Shown here: piece by piece, positions 10,342 through 19,881 of the stretch
Numbering within the stretch: position 1 is the stretch's first letter
Layout of the letters: every line of letters starts with the position of its first letter
Assembly (NCBI GenBank): GCA_049700835.1
Contig: JBNAUL010000001.1
Span: 432,043 to 492,456 of the forward strand
Origin: Candidatus Woesearchaeota archaeon
Lineage (GTDB): Archaea > Nanobdellota > Nanobdellia > Woesearchaeales > WAPY01
DNA length: 60,414 nucleotides
Direction of reading: 5' to 3'
Translations under genes and position numbers: made by a program
Notes under the pieces: generated by a model
What the model saw: the letters and a program-made list of their open reading frames with translations, nothing else
Told to the model about the DNA's origin: nothing
Databases searched by the model: none

Positions 10342-11124
10342 TTAGTGATGAAGTATGATGCCTCTTACTTCAACATTGTTTTTCTTGGTGTAATTCTCTA
10401 TTTCAATCCTTGCGCTGTTGATAAAATCAAAAAATTTAGAATTGTTTGCAATAATCTCGTAACTTTCAGGATAATTCTCTTTCAAGACCCTTAAAAAATA
10501 ATTTCCTGCCAATTTGACATTTATAAACTCAAAGAAATAAGAACTGCAAAATTCTTTTGTCTGCTCAATAACATCCTTGAAATTTAATAAGTTTGGAATT
10601 ATTGGGCTCACAAAACAATAATTATTGATGCTGTTTTCCCTCAAAATTTTCAATGCATTAACTCTTTTCTTGTGGGAAGGCGCATTAGGTTCTAAAAAAC
10701 TTTTAACTTCCCCCTCAAAACCGTTTATCGTTACTCCAACTTTAACATTCTTGAACTTTTTGAATAGATCAACATCCCTCAAAACCAGATCCGACTTTGT
10801 CAAGATTGAAAGTTTTATGTTCTTGTTCATATTTTCCAAAACCCTTCTCGTAAGCATTCTCTCCTTTTCTATTGTTTGATATGGATCAGAAACAGAGCTC
10901 ATGAAAACCTCTCCTGAAATTAATTTTCCCTTAACAAGCTCAGGTGCATTGTTTTTGATTTCAACCCAGCTTCCCCAAAAACCGTAGTTTTTCCACCTGC
11001 ATATGAACTTTGCATAACAATAAAGGCAAGCATGAGAACAACCCACATACTGGTTTATGCTATAGTCAGATATTCTTGATTTTGTGAATATTGACTTGGC
11101 TTTTCTTTCTATGACTTTAAGCAT
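10342..11124 (-). CDS. Radical SAM protein, SplB/spore photoproduct lyase-like family
   Basis: NQYVGCSHACLYCYA, SSVSDPYQ, ILTKSDLVLRD, LEPNAPS motifs; likely start ATG 11124. Confidence 0.85.
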   Translation of the reverse strand: MLKVIERKAKSIFTKSRISDYSINQYVGCSHACLYCYAKFICRWKNYGFWGSWVEIKNNAPELVKGKLISGEVFMSSVSDPYQTIEKERMLTRRVLENMNKNIKLSILTKSDLVLRDVDLFKKFKNVKVGVTINGFEGEVKSFLEPNAPSHKKRVNALKILRENSINNYCFVSPIIPNLLNFKDVIEQTKEFCSSYFFEFINVKLAGNYFLRVLKENYPESYEIIANNSKFFDFINSARIEIENYTKKNNVEVRGIILHH

Positions 11125-11228
11125 GAGCAAGTTAATATTACAAGGGATTAATAATTTTTCCATAAGAAAATGTAAAATATTTAAAATAACAAAAGTTTTT
11201 TAAAAACATAAGAAAAACTTTTTATTAA

Positions 11229-11354
11229 GCCGCTGTAGCTCAGCAGGTTAGAGCGCTACGCTCATAAGGATGAGCGATGAGCCTTTGCTGTGATTGAACT
11301 CTAACCTATTGCTAAGAAACGTAGAGGTCGCGGGTTCGATCCCCGCCAGCGGCA
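11229..11354 (+). tRNA. tRNA-Met(CAT), elongator type, with 52-nt intron at 37/38 (11267-11318)
   Basis: Acceptor GCCGCTG/CAGCGGC, D arm GCTC/GAGC, anticodon stem CTACG/CGTAG, T arm GCGGG-TTCGATC-CCCGC. Confidence 0.92.
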
Positions 11355-11385
11355 CTATTGTTTTTGTTTTTGTTTTTTTATTTTT

Positions 11386-11507
11386 GCCGGGATCGCATAA
11401 CCTGGTAGTGCGCCAGCTTGGAGTTGTTGCAAATTTTCAAAAAATTTTCACAAAAATAAAAAGCTGGTGCCCGCAAGGGCTTCAGGGTTCAAATCCCTGT
11501 CCCGGCG
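11386..11507 (+). tRNA. tRNA-Ser(GGA) with 38-nt AT-rich intron at 37/38 (11424-11461)
   Basis: Acceptor GCCGGGA/TCCCGGC, anticodon stem CCAGC/GCTGG, long variable arm GCCCGCAAGGGC, G73. Confidence 0.9.
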
Positions 11508-11642
11508 TCATTTTCTTTTTTTTAAGATTTTTATATTTTCAGCTTTAAAAACAACAGATTTAAATAAGAGAGCTTTTTTGAAATGAAAATCTTGAGAAAA
11601 ATTTGAGCAAAAACAAACAAAAAATCATAAGAAGGTGATTTA

Positions 11643-11792
11643 ATGATAGAAATTGGGGATTTCAAGGGAAACAAGGTAATAATTTTGAAGAGAGCAGAAG
11701 ACGATAAATACCCCTTTGTTTTTGGAAAGGCAAAAGCAAGATTGATAGTTCAGCACTATGATGAAATAAAAAAATTTGCTGAAGAAGAATAA
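11643..11792 (+). CDS. Small 49-aa hypothetical protein (below the ORF-track cutoff)
   Basis: AAGGTGA Shine-Dalgarno then ATG; MIEIGDFKGNKVIILKRAEDDKYPFVFGKAKARLIVQHYDEIKKFAEEE*. Confidence 0.8.
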   Translation: MIEIGDFKGNKVIILKRAEDDKYPFVFGKAKARLIVQHYDEIKKFAEEE

Positions 11793-11930
11793 AAACTTGC
11801 TTTATAAAAGATTGATAAACTTTTCAATCACAATATCATAATATTTTTAAATATTAATTTTTACCAATTACTTATTTTAACTTTATTGATTGCGGCAATT
11901 GAATGCAATGCTTTAAATGAATGCTCTTAA

Positions 11931-12005
11931 GCCCTGGTGGTGTAGTCCGGTCAATCATACTGCCCTCTCGAGGCGGTGACACGGGTTCAAATCCCGTCCA
12001 GGGCA
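11931..12005 (+). tRNA. tRNA-Glu(CTC)
   Basis: Acceptor GCCCTGG/CCAGGGC, anticodon arm CTGCC-CTCTCGA-GGCGG, T arm ACGGG-TTCAAAT-CCCGT. Confidence 0.95.
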
Positions 12006-12102
12006 TTTGATTCTTAAATTTTAATAACTTGAAAAAAAAATTTAAAAAAAATTTAAAAACAAAGTTTAATTATTCTATAACAAAAGTTTATTTTTTTATG
12101 AT

Positions 12103-12186
12103 GCCGCGGTCGCATAACCTGGTAGTGCGGCAGTCTCGAGAACTGCTGCCCGCAAGGGCTTCCCGGTTCAAATCCGGGCCGCGGCG
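12103..12186 (+). tRNA. tRNA-Ser(CGA)
   Basis: Acceptor GCCGCGG/CCGCGGC, anticodon arm GCAGT-CTCGAGA-ACTGC, long variable arm, G73. Confidence 0.95.
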
Positions 12187-12264
12187 TTTTTTGCAGGGAA
12201 TATTTCTCTTTTTTCTTGCATAATTCCAAAATCTTTTTATATGGACCTATTTTTATAACAAAAA

Positions 12265-13170
12265 ATGATAACCTTAATAACGCATGCAATAAACCTTTTT
12301 GTTCTGATTTTGGCTTCAACAACAGATATTAAAAATAGAGAAGTTCCTGACTGGTTGAATTATGGATTAGTAATTTCTGCTTTTATTATAAACATAATTT
12401 ACTCACTCTTGACAAAAAGCTTCATTCCAATAATCTCATCTCTCATCGGATTTGTATTCTTCTTGATAATCTCGTTAGGAATGTTTTATACAGGACAATG
12501 GGGAGGAGGAGATACAAAATTATTGATAGGAATCGGAGCTCTGTTAGGGTTTGAAATTAAAAATTTGAACTATATTCTTTCATTCTTTTTTGAAAAACAG
12601 TTTTTAACAGATTTTTTTATTAACCTCTTATGCGTAGGAGCTGTTTACGGAACAGTATATTCGCTAATTCTTGTTTTCAAAAACAAAAGAAAATTTTTAA
12701 ACGAAATCAAAAAGAAATACCTTCCTAAAAGAAAGTTATTGATATCTATAAACCTAATTTTGGCAATCTATTTTTTGATTGCAGCGTTGTTTAAATTTAA
12801 AATCCTAACTTTAAACCTGATTTTAGTCCTGTTATTTCTGTTTGCATCGCTGTTCTATTTCAACTTGTTCTTAAAGAGTGTTGAAAACGCATGCATGTAT
12901 AAACTGATAACTCCTGAAAAACTTACAGAAGGAGATTGGATTGCAAGGGAAATAAAAGTAAACAATAAAAAAATAGCAAGCCCATCTGATTTGGGAGTTA
13001 GCGAAGAACAGATAAGAGAACTCATAAGGTTTTACAGGCAAAAGAAGATTGGAAAGATTTTAGTAAAGGAAGGAATGCCGTTTGTTCCTAGTTTCTTTTT
13101 TGCTTATATCTTAACTCTGCTCATCTCAAACAATCTTTTAAGATTAATAACGCAAATTTTAGTTCTTTAA
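12265..13170 (+). CDS. Prepilin/preflagellin peptidase (A24, FlaK/PibD family)
   Basis: TDIKNREVPD and WGGGDTKL catalytic aspartate motifs, polytopic membrane protein, C-terminal EGMPFVP. Confidence 0.9.
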   Translation: MITLITHAINLFVLILASTTDIKNREVPDWLNYGLVISAFIINIIYSLLTKSFIPIISSLIGFVFFLIISLGMFYTGQWGGGDTKLLIGIGALLGFEIKNLNYILSFFFEKQFLTDFFINLLCVGAVYGTVYSLILVFKNKRKFLNEIKKKYLPKRKLLISINLILAIYFLIAALFKFKILTLNLILVLLFLFASLFYFNLFLKSVENACMYKLITPEKLTEGDWIAREIKVNNKKIASPSDLGVSEEQIRELIRFYRQKKIGKILVKEGMPFVPSFFFAYILTLLISNNLLRLITQILVL

Positions 13171-13907
13171 TTCTTAATCTTTGATTTTTTGTAATTTTTT
13201 TTGTAATTTTTTGCATAACTTTTAATTATGAATGCTAAGTGCTTAAAACCGTCCTTGAAAGAATTCAATTTTGAACTTGAACCTTTAACTCTTGGATAAT
13301 AGTTGATTGGGACTTCACAAATTTTTATATTTAACTTTGAAGCTTTTATCAACATCTCAGAAGCAAAATCCATTCCATTTTGCTTTAAATCCAGTTTTTT
13401 CAGCAAATCTCTCCTAAACCCTCTGAAGCCTGATTGGCTATCGCTGATATTGATATTGAAAAGGGTTTTTATTAGGAAGGTTAGAACAGGGTTTCCTATG
13501 TAATAGCGCAACGCAGGCATGGCATTCTTTTGAATTTTTCCCTTAAACCTTGAGCCGATAACAAAATCACAACCACCCCTTAGTTTTTTTATGAACTTTG
13601 GAATTTCAAGAAAGTCGTAAGTTCTATCGCTGTCTGCGAAAATTATATACTTGCCATTAGCTGCATTAAAACCCTTTCTCAAGCACTTGCCGTAACCAGG
13701 AAGTTTTTCCATTTTCAGCCGCACGCCCTTTCCAACAAAACTCTTGGCAATAGAATAAGAATTGTCTGATGAGTTGTTATCAACAACAATAACTTCTCCA
13801 TCAATCTTTTCTTTTTTTAGAACTCTTAGCGCTTTCTCTATGCAGTCCGCTATTGTAAGCTCTTCATCCTTACATGGAATTACTATTGAAAGTTCTATCT
13901 TTTTCAT
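13167..13907 (-). CDS. GT2 glycosyltransferase, dolichol-phosphate mannosyltransferase-like
   Basis: SIVIPCKDEE, VVDNNSSD, ADSD, FVIGSRF, DSQSGFR, EVPINY. Confidence 0.9.
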   Translation of the reverse strand: MKKIELSIVIPCKDEELTIADCIEKALRVLKKEKIDGEVIVVDNNSSDNSYSIAKSFVGKGVRLKMEKLPGYGKCLRKGFNAANGKYIIFADSDRTYDFLEIPKFIKKLRGGCDFVIGSRFKGKIQKNAMPALRYYIGNPVLTFLIKTLFNINISDSQSGFRGFRRDLLKKLDLKQNGMDFASEMLIKASKLNIKICEVPINYYPRVKGSSSKLNSFKDGFKHLAFIIKSYAKNYKKNYKKSKIKN

Positions 13908-13968
13908 AGACCAATATTTTGATAAAAATTAAAAACATTTATTAATATTGCTGTTTTTCTTTTTGCTT

Positions 13969-14658
13969 ATGGAATTAAACAGCGAAGATTTGGAAAACCT
14001 AAGCCCTGAGGAAGCAGCAGAGCTTCAAAAGAAGAACTGCATTTTTTGTCAGATAGCAAAGGGCACTGTCAGCGCAAAAAAAGTTTATGAAGACGATAAA
14101 GTGATTGCAATATTAGACATAAACCCTGCAAATCCAGGGCACACCCTAATTCTTCCAAAAGAGCATTACATGATATTGCCGCAAGTTCCTGAGGAATTGG
14201 TGAATTACATTTTCGTTATTGCAAAGGGAATTTCAAACGCCCTATTAAAGGCAGTTGGAGCAACAGGAACAAACATCTTTGTAGCAAATGGAGTTGGCGC
14301 TGGGCAAAGAGCGCCTCATTTCATGGTTCATGTAATACCAAGAATAGAGAATGACGGAATAAAGTGCTTTGAGCTTCCACAATTTAGGATTAATGCTGAA
14401 GAGCTTGATAAATTAAGCGTTATTGTCTCAGAAATAATAAAAACAGAAATGGAAAAGAAGAATAAGAAGGATATAAAATTGATAATAAAGGAAGAACCAG
14501 AAATCATTGAATCAAAAGAAAAGGTTAAAAATATTCCCAAAACAGAGAAGTCAAGAAAAAGCAATGTAAGAAAAGGCAATGAAACGCAACTTGATTATAA
14601 GAAACCAACATCAGAAGAGCTTGACAAAATTGCAAATCTTTTGCTTGGAAAAAAATGA
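13969..14658 (+). CDS. HIT-family protein with degenerate histidine triad
   Basis: CIFCQI, AILDINPANPGHTLILPKEH; triad reads HFMVH. Confidence 0.85.
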   Translation: MELNSEDLENLSPEEAAELQKKNCIFCQIAKGTVSAKKVYEDDKVIAILDINPANPGHTLILPKEHYMILPQVPEELVNYIFVIAKGISNALLKAVGATGTNIFVANGVGAGQRAPHFMVHVIPRIENDGIKCFELPQFRINAEELDKLSVIVSEIIKTEMEKKNKKDIKLIIKEEPEIIESKEKVKNIPKTEKSRKSNVRKGNETQLDYKKPTSEELDKIANLLLGKK

Positions 14659-14687
14659 TAATTTAGGATTATAAGAGAGGAATCTTT

Positions 14688-15344
14688 ATGGAATGTCCAA
14701 TCTGTGAGTTTTTAAAATCAGGAAAAGCAAAGAAAATTTACGAGGATGAATTAGTTGTTGCTTTTCTAAATCCTAATCCTGCTGTCCCAGGCCATTCATT
14801 GGTTGTTCCAAAACAGCACTTTGTAATAATAGAACAAACTCCAGATTTCTTGGTTGGAAAATTATTTGGGGTTGCAAATACCGTAAGTTCAGCGTTGTTT
14901 AGAGCACTAAACCTTCAAGGAACAAACATTCTCTTGAATAATGGGGTTTCAGCAAATCAAAAAATAGCCCATCTGGCAATAAATGTCATTCCAAGAACAG
15001 AAAACGACAATTTAAATTTTAGTTGGAATCCTAAACAGCTTAATGAGGAACAGATGTCAACGATAGAATTAAAAATAAAAGAGCAAGCCAAGAATGTTGG
15101 CATTTTTGAAAAAGAGGAAAAGAAGATAATAATTGATTCCAAAAGAGAAAAAATAGAAGAAAAATCAAAAGAGGCTCAAAAGGTTACAGAAACTTCAGAG
15201 AAACATATTAGAAAAACTGATAGAAAGAAGGATAAAAATATTGAAGGAGAAAAAGAATGCAAAGACAACAATGAAAATGAAGTAAAGGAAGAGGGCTTTG
15301 AAGAGGAAAACTATCTTTTGAAGCAGTTAAGAAGAATACCTTAA
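14688..15344 (+). CDS. HIT-family protein with degenerate histidine triad
   Basis: CPIC, NPNPAVPGHSLVVPKQH; triad reads HLAIN. Confidence 0.85.
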   Translation: MECPICEFLKSGKAKKIYEDELVVAFLNPNPAVPGHSLVVPKQHFVIIEQTPDFLVGKLFGVANTVSSALFRALNLQGTNILLNNGVSANQKIAHLAINVIPRTENDNLNFSWNPKQLNEEQMSTIELKIKEQAKNVGIFEKEEKKIIIDSKREKIEEKSKEAQKVTETSEKHIRKTDRKKDKNIEGEKECKDNNENEVKEEGFEEENYLLKQLRRIP

Positions 15345-15358
15345 ATTTCTTAAAGGGT

Positions 15359-16483
15359 TTGAAAATGAGGATACTGATAATAAACAAGTATTGTCCAAAA
15401 CACCCGAGAGCAGGAGGGGCCGAGGAAAGATTAAAACAACTATGCATTAGATTGGAGAGATTAGGTCATGAAGTTTATTTGCTCTCAGCAAGATTTCCAG
15501 GTTCAAAGGATTACGAGTTCTACGCAGGAACACATATATATAGAATTGGCTTAAAAAATTCCTACAACACCTTTCTAATACATATCCTTGGATTATTCTA
15601 TGCTTCGTTTTTTGCAAGGAAAATAAAACCTGATATCGTATACGAGGACATAAGTCCGCTTCCATGGTTTACTCCGCTTACGATGAGAAAAAGAAAAAGG
15701 GTTGTAATCATTCATCATATTAACAAAAATGTTTTCTTCAAGACGCAATGGTTTTCATTTGCGCTTTTAGGTTATATTCTTGAGCAGTCAATAAGATTTT
15801 TTTACAAGAGAGAAAGAATAATAACAGTAGGGCCCTCAACTACAAGAGAAGTTTTAAAAATGGGTTTTAGAAAAGAGAACATTTTTGAGATAAGAGACGG
15901 AGTTGATGTCCGTGAATACTCTTATTCAAAATCAAAATTCAAGAAACCAACAGTGCTTTTTCTTGGAAGACATGAGTTAAGAAAAGGACTTGATTTATTA
16001 ATAAAAACATACGATTTTGTTAAGAAAGAAATCCCTGCTGTTGAATACATTATTCTCGGAGATGGAAAGGAGAGGAAGAATTTTGAAAAAATGGCTGAAG
16101 GAAAGGAAGACATAGTATTCAAGGGGTTTGTCAAAGGCAAAAAAAAGATTGATTTTCTAAAAAAATCTTGGGTTTTGGCAGTTCCATCAAGAACAGAAGG
16201 ATACTGCATTGCTGTTTTGGAAGCAAATGCTTGCGGCACATTAGCAATTGGTAACAATGTTGAAGGTTTGAGGGATTCAATAATCAATAATAAAACAGGT
16301 TTTTTGGTTAATTGTTATGATTCAAAAGAATTTGCCAATAAAATTATTGAGGTCTTAAAAAACAAAAAGTTAAGAGAAACTATGAGTTGGAATGCTAGGA
16401 AGTGGGCAGAAAAACACGATTTAGATTTAATGGCAAGAAAAACGATTGAAATTTTTGAGATGAAATTAAAAGAAAAGAGTTAA
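15359..16483 (+). CDS. GT4 glycosyltransferase
   Basis: GGAE, FLGRHELRKG, PSRTEGYCIAVLEANACG (EX7E), TGFLV. Confidence 0.92.
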   Translation: MKMRILIINKYCPKHPRAGGAEERLKQLCIRLERLGHEVYLLSARFPGSKDYEFYAGTHIYRIGLKNSYNTFLIHILGLFYASFFARKIKPDIVYEDISPLPWFTPLTMRKRKRVVIIHHINKNVFFKTQWFSFALLGYILEQSIRFFYKRERIITVGPSTTREVLKMGFRKENIFEIRDGVDVREYSYSKSKFKKPTVLFLGRHELRKGLDLLIKTYDFVKKEIPAVEYIILGDGKERKNFEKMAEGKEDIVFKGFVKGKKKIDFLKKSWVLAVPSRTEGYCIAVLEANACGTLAIGNNVEGLRDSIINNKTGFLVNCYDSKEFANKIIEVLKNKKLRETMSWNARKWAEKHDLDLMARKTIEIFEMKLKEKS

Positions 16484-16516
16484 TATCCACAAATTATTAT
16501 CAAATCCTGATTTTCA

Positions 16517-17818
16517 TTATTTTTCTTTGTAATTCCAATCGTGTTCTAAACTTAGCAAGCCATACTTTTCTTTTAATTTAGAAAAATCGTTGGCAACATA
16601 AAAAACATAGTGCTGATGATGGTGGTCTAATGGTATTCTTCCAGTATAATCATAAATGGAAGCAGAAAATAGATATCTTCCTTGAAGCAAAGGAAGTTTT
16701 TTGATTTTGAAATAAACATAACCTTCTCCCTTAATAATTTTTTTAGTTTTGTCAGAAAAAGTTGTGTTTGGGCCTGTTATCAAAAATCCTTCAGAAGAGT
16801 ATATGGCAACTCCAAACATCGGGGCTCTGATTGCTTTTTTTGCTTTATAGTGTATTCTTGCAGTGAATTCCTCATTTGTTCTGAACAATTTTTTTTCTTT
16901 ATCATTAGAAAAAAATTTAACATCTAAAATTACTGCATCATGGGTTCCATAGCCCTGCTTTTTAGGACTGGCATTGCTTAAACTTTTATCCCAATAATAT
17001 ATTATGTTTTTTGCAAACTCATTTCTAATCCTAATTATTCTTGAATTTTCTTTTTTTAAAACATTCTTTTTGCTTGACTTGAGAAATCTTAATTCAAGAT
17101 TATTCTTCAGGTAAAGTTCATCGCACCACTGCATAACGCTATGGCTTAAATCCTTTATCTGTTCAATCAAATCATCATAAAAAACCTCTTTTTTTATTTT
17201 TTTTATTGTTTTTAAATAATCTTTAAGTACGAAAACCTTTTCATTATCACTTGTTGCAGCATTAAAGCGAGCATAGCAAAAGCCGATAAGCTCTACAAGT
17301 ATCTTTTTTATTTTTTCATAAGTCCAGTTACCTTTCTTTAATGATGAGCTAATAATTTTATATTCAAATCTTAAACACCAATCGATTTCCTCAATTATTT
17401 CATGTTCTTGATTTTTGTCTTTTGATTTTAATTTCAAATCCCAAAGAAAACCCTTAAATTCCTCCAAGAGATAATAATTTTCAATGTAATCTTTTGATAA
17501 GCTTACTAAACTAATTATAATTTCTTTTAATTTTTTAATATCATCAATATTTAAATCTTTTTTTAAATTTAATTCCTCAAATAAAACTCTCTTTAACTCT
17601 TTCAACAAGAAAATTTTGTTTTCTTTCTCTTTGATATTTTTAATGTTTTTGTTTATAACATCCTTAACTTTTTTTAAAGCAGAACTCTTTTCCTTTTCAG
17701 GCATCTCATAGTACTGTTTCCAAAAAAAATCAACAAACTCCTTCAAAAACAAAACCTTTCTATTAGCATTTTGCGCTTCTTTCTTTGCAGAGTTTTTTTC
17801 AAATTTTTTATCTCTCAT
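16517..17818 (-). CDS. Protein with C-terminal Wzt carbohydrate-binding domain and long helical N-terminus
   Basis: YGTHDAVILDV, PMFGVAIY, GPNT, LPLLQGRYLFSASIYD, DHHHQ pattern of Wzt_C; ATGA overlap with wzt. Confidence 0.8.
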   Translation of the reverse strand: MRDKKFEKNSAKKEAQNANRKVLFLKEFVDFFWKQYYEMPEKEKSSALKKVKDVINKNIKNIKEKENKIFLLKELKRVLFEELNLKKDLNIDDIKKLKEIIISLVSLSKDYIENYYLLEEFKGFLWDLKLKSKDKNQEHEIIEEIDWCLRFEYKIISSSLKKGNWTYEKIKKILVELIGFCYARFNAATSDNEKVFVLKDYLKTIKKIKKEVFYDDLIEQIKDLSHSVMQWCDELYLKNNLELRFLKSSKKNVLKKENSRIIRIRNEFAKNIIYYWDKSLSNASPKKQGYGTHDAVILDVKFFSNDKEKKLFRTNEEFTARIHYKAKKAIRAPMFGVAIYSSEGFLITGPNTTFSDKTKKIIKGEGYVYFKIKKLPLLQGRYLFSASIYDYTGRIPLDHHHQHYVFYVANDFSKLKEKYGLLSLEHDWNYKEK

Positions 17819-18930
17819 TTTATTCTGTTCAGCAACCTGCTTAAAATTTCCAATATTTTCAATCTTTCTTCTTTATCAAATCCTTGCACAAAGGAATTTA
17901 ATTCATTATAGAATGTCTTGATTTCTGAATCATTTAAATCTTTTGTCATCAAAGTTAACTCTTTCAATACAAGCCTTTCATCTGCTTGCGCTTTTAACAA
18001 CTGCTCAATAAGCTCCTTGGCCTTTTCAAAATTTTTTGCATTTTTTAGCAATTTTTTTCCTTGAGTTTTTTTTAGTTTATTAATATTTTCCTTACCAACA
18101 TTTTCTTTTTCAAATTCTTCTTCTCTTTTATTGAAAAAATTCCTGCTCAAATCCTGCTTTTTTAACTTAATCTCATTCAACAAACCATTGTAAAATACAA
18201 GCCCTTCTTCAACATTTCCATCAAACACTATGAGTCCATCGTTCATAACTATCAGCCTGTTGCAAATCATTTTGATGCTGTTTGGGTCATGGCTTACAAA
18301 AATAATCGTCTTATTTTCTTTTTTGAATTCCATTATTTTATTTATGCATTTTTCTTGGAATATTGAGTCGCCGACAGCTAAGACTTCATCAATCAATATT
18401 ATATCTGGTTCGTGGATTGTTGCAATGCTAAATGCCAATCTAGCAATCATGCCTGAAGAATAATGTTTTAATTTTAAATCAATGAACTCTCCTAATTCTG
18501 AGAATTCAATAATATTCTTAAGCTGCGCTTTGATTTTTTCTTTTGGAATTCCAAGCAGAGCGCCGTTTAAAAAGATGTTTTCAATTCCTGTTAATTCTGG
18601 ATTAAAACCAACTCCTAACTCCAACAAGGGCAATATTATTCCATCAGTATAAATTACTCCTGAATCAGACTTTAAAACATTTGCAACAATCTTTAACAGG
18701 GTTGATTTACCAGCAGAATTTCTGCCTATAATGCCAACACACTCTCCTTTTCTTATAGTTAAATTAATATCTTTTAGAGCTTCTATCTTTATATAATCAT
18801 TAAATCTTCTTGAGAACTTAGATATTAAGTAATCCTTTAAGGTTTTATCTCTTTCTATGAATATTGAAAAGCTTTTACTAACATTTTCCATTTTTATTAC
18901 TATGTTTTTTTCATATTTTTTAGCACTCAT
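17815..18930 (-). CDS. wzt: Polysaccharide ABC exporter ATP-binding subunit
   Basis: GRNSAGKST Walker A, GFNPELTGIENI, YSSGMIARLAF, IDEVLAVGD, VSHD. Confidence 0.95.
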   Translation of the reverse strand: MSAKKYEKNIVIKMENVSKSFSIFIERDKTLKDYLISKFSRRFNDYIKIEALKDINLTIRKGECVGIIGRNSAGKSTLLKIVANVLKSDSGVIYTDGIILPLLELGVGFNPELTGIENIFLNGALLGIPKEKIKAQLKNIIEFSELGEFIDLKLKHYSSGMIARLAFSIATIHEPDIILIDEVLAVGDSIFQEKCINKIMEFKKENKTIIFVSHDPNSIKMICNRLIVMNDGLIVFDGNVEEGLVFYNGLLNEIKLKKQDLSRNFFNKREEEFEKENVGKENINKLKKTQGKKLLKNAKNFEKAKELIEQLLKAQADERLVLKELTLMTKDLNDSEIKTFYNELNSFVQGFDKEERLKILEILSRLLNRIK

Positions 18931-18933
18931 TTT

Positions 18934-19713
18934 TTAAAATGCCTCGCTTAATATATATGAATTTTTCTTGAAATAGTAATAGCCAAAAACAAAAAAAGCA
19001 AAACAAAAGATAAATGTTATGAGCATTTGCTTTAAATCAGGTATATAATTGTAAAGCAGAATGTTCCTTGAATCAGTAATTATTCTTGCAATTGGGTTAA
19101 GCATATAGAACCTTCTAAATTCCAATGGAATTCTTGAACTTGAATAAAAAATCGGTGTTAACCAAAAACCGGTTAACAATAAGAAAGACCAAATATGAAA
19201 AACATCCCTGAATTTTGCATAAAATATTATTAAATAAAACGAAACACCAATTGAAAATAGAATGAGTTCAAGCAATGGAATTGTAAAAAGAACAGCAGAA
19301 AAATCTATTCTTATTTTAAAGAATAACAAAAATCCAAATAGCACAATCAAATTGAATATTAGGTTTATTATTGAAAGCAGAGCAGAACTGAAAACAATAG
19401 TTGATTTTGAAAAACTTATCTTTTTAAACAACGAAGATTTTTGATTTATTGAATCAATGCTCGTTGTTGTCGTGCTTGAGAAAAAATTCCATAGTATTAT
19501 TCCCAACAGCAAGAACAAAGAATAGTTTTCAATTTCAATTCTAACTATTATTTTAAAAACAAAATATAGAGTTAAGAGCATTAAGAAAGGATTTAGCAAG
19601 GACCACATATAACCAATCATAGAGCCCCTATACTTTAGTTTAAAATCATTTATGGTTATCTCCCAAACCAATGCAAAGTTCCTTAAAATTTTGTTCTTTA
19701 AGCTTTCACTCAT
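18934..19713 (-). CDS. wzm: Polysaccharide ABC exporter permease
   Basis: DFKLKYRGSMIGYMWSLLNP, FRDVFHI, TPIFY, LNP; six TM segments. Confidence 0.95.
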   Translation of the reverse strand: MSESLKNKILRNFALVWEITINDFKLKYRGSMIGYMWSLLNPFLMLLTLYFVFKIIVRIEIENYSLFLLLGIILWNFFSSTTTTSIDSINQKSSLFKKISFSKSTIVFSSALLSIINLIFNLIVLFGFLLFFKIRIDFSAVLFTIPLLELILFSIGVSFYLIIFYAKFRDVFHIWSFLLLTGFWLTPIFYSSSRIPLEFRRFYMLNPIARIITDSRNILLYNYIPDLKQMLITFIFCFAFFVFGYYYFKKNSYILSEAF

Positions 19714-19881
19714 TTTCTTATTTACATTTGATTTAAAGTTTCTATTTATACATTATCTAAACTTTTTAATTTGCATTTTTGGATGCCCATCTCTTTATAC
19801 AGATTAAATTATTATAAAGTAGTAAAAATACTTACTAAAATGCTTTGCTGATTTAAAAAGATTTCCTTACTAAGAATCTTT

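Noticed and set aside
11294..12322. ORFs 11294..11548, 12029..12223 and 12053..12322
   Set aside because: They overlap clear tRNA genes
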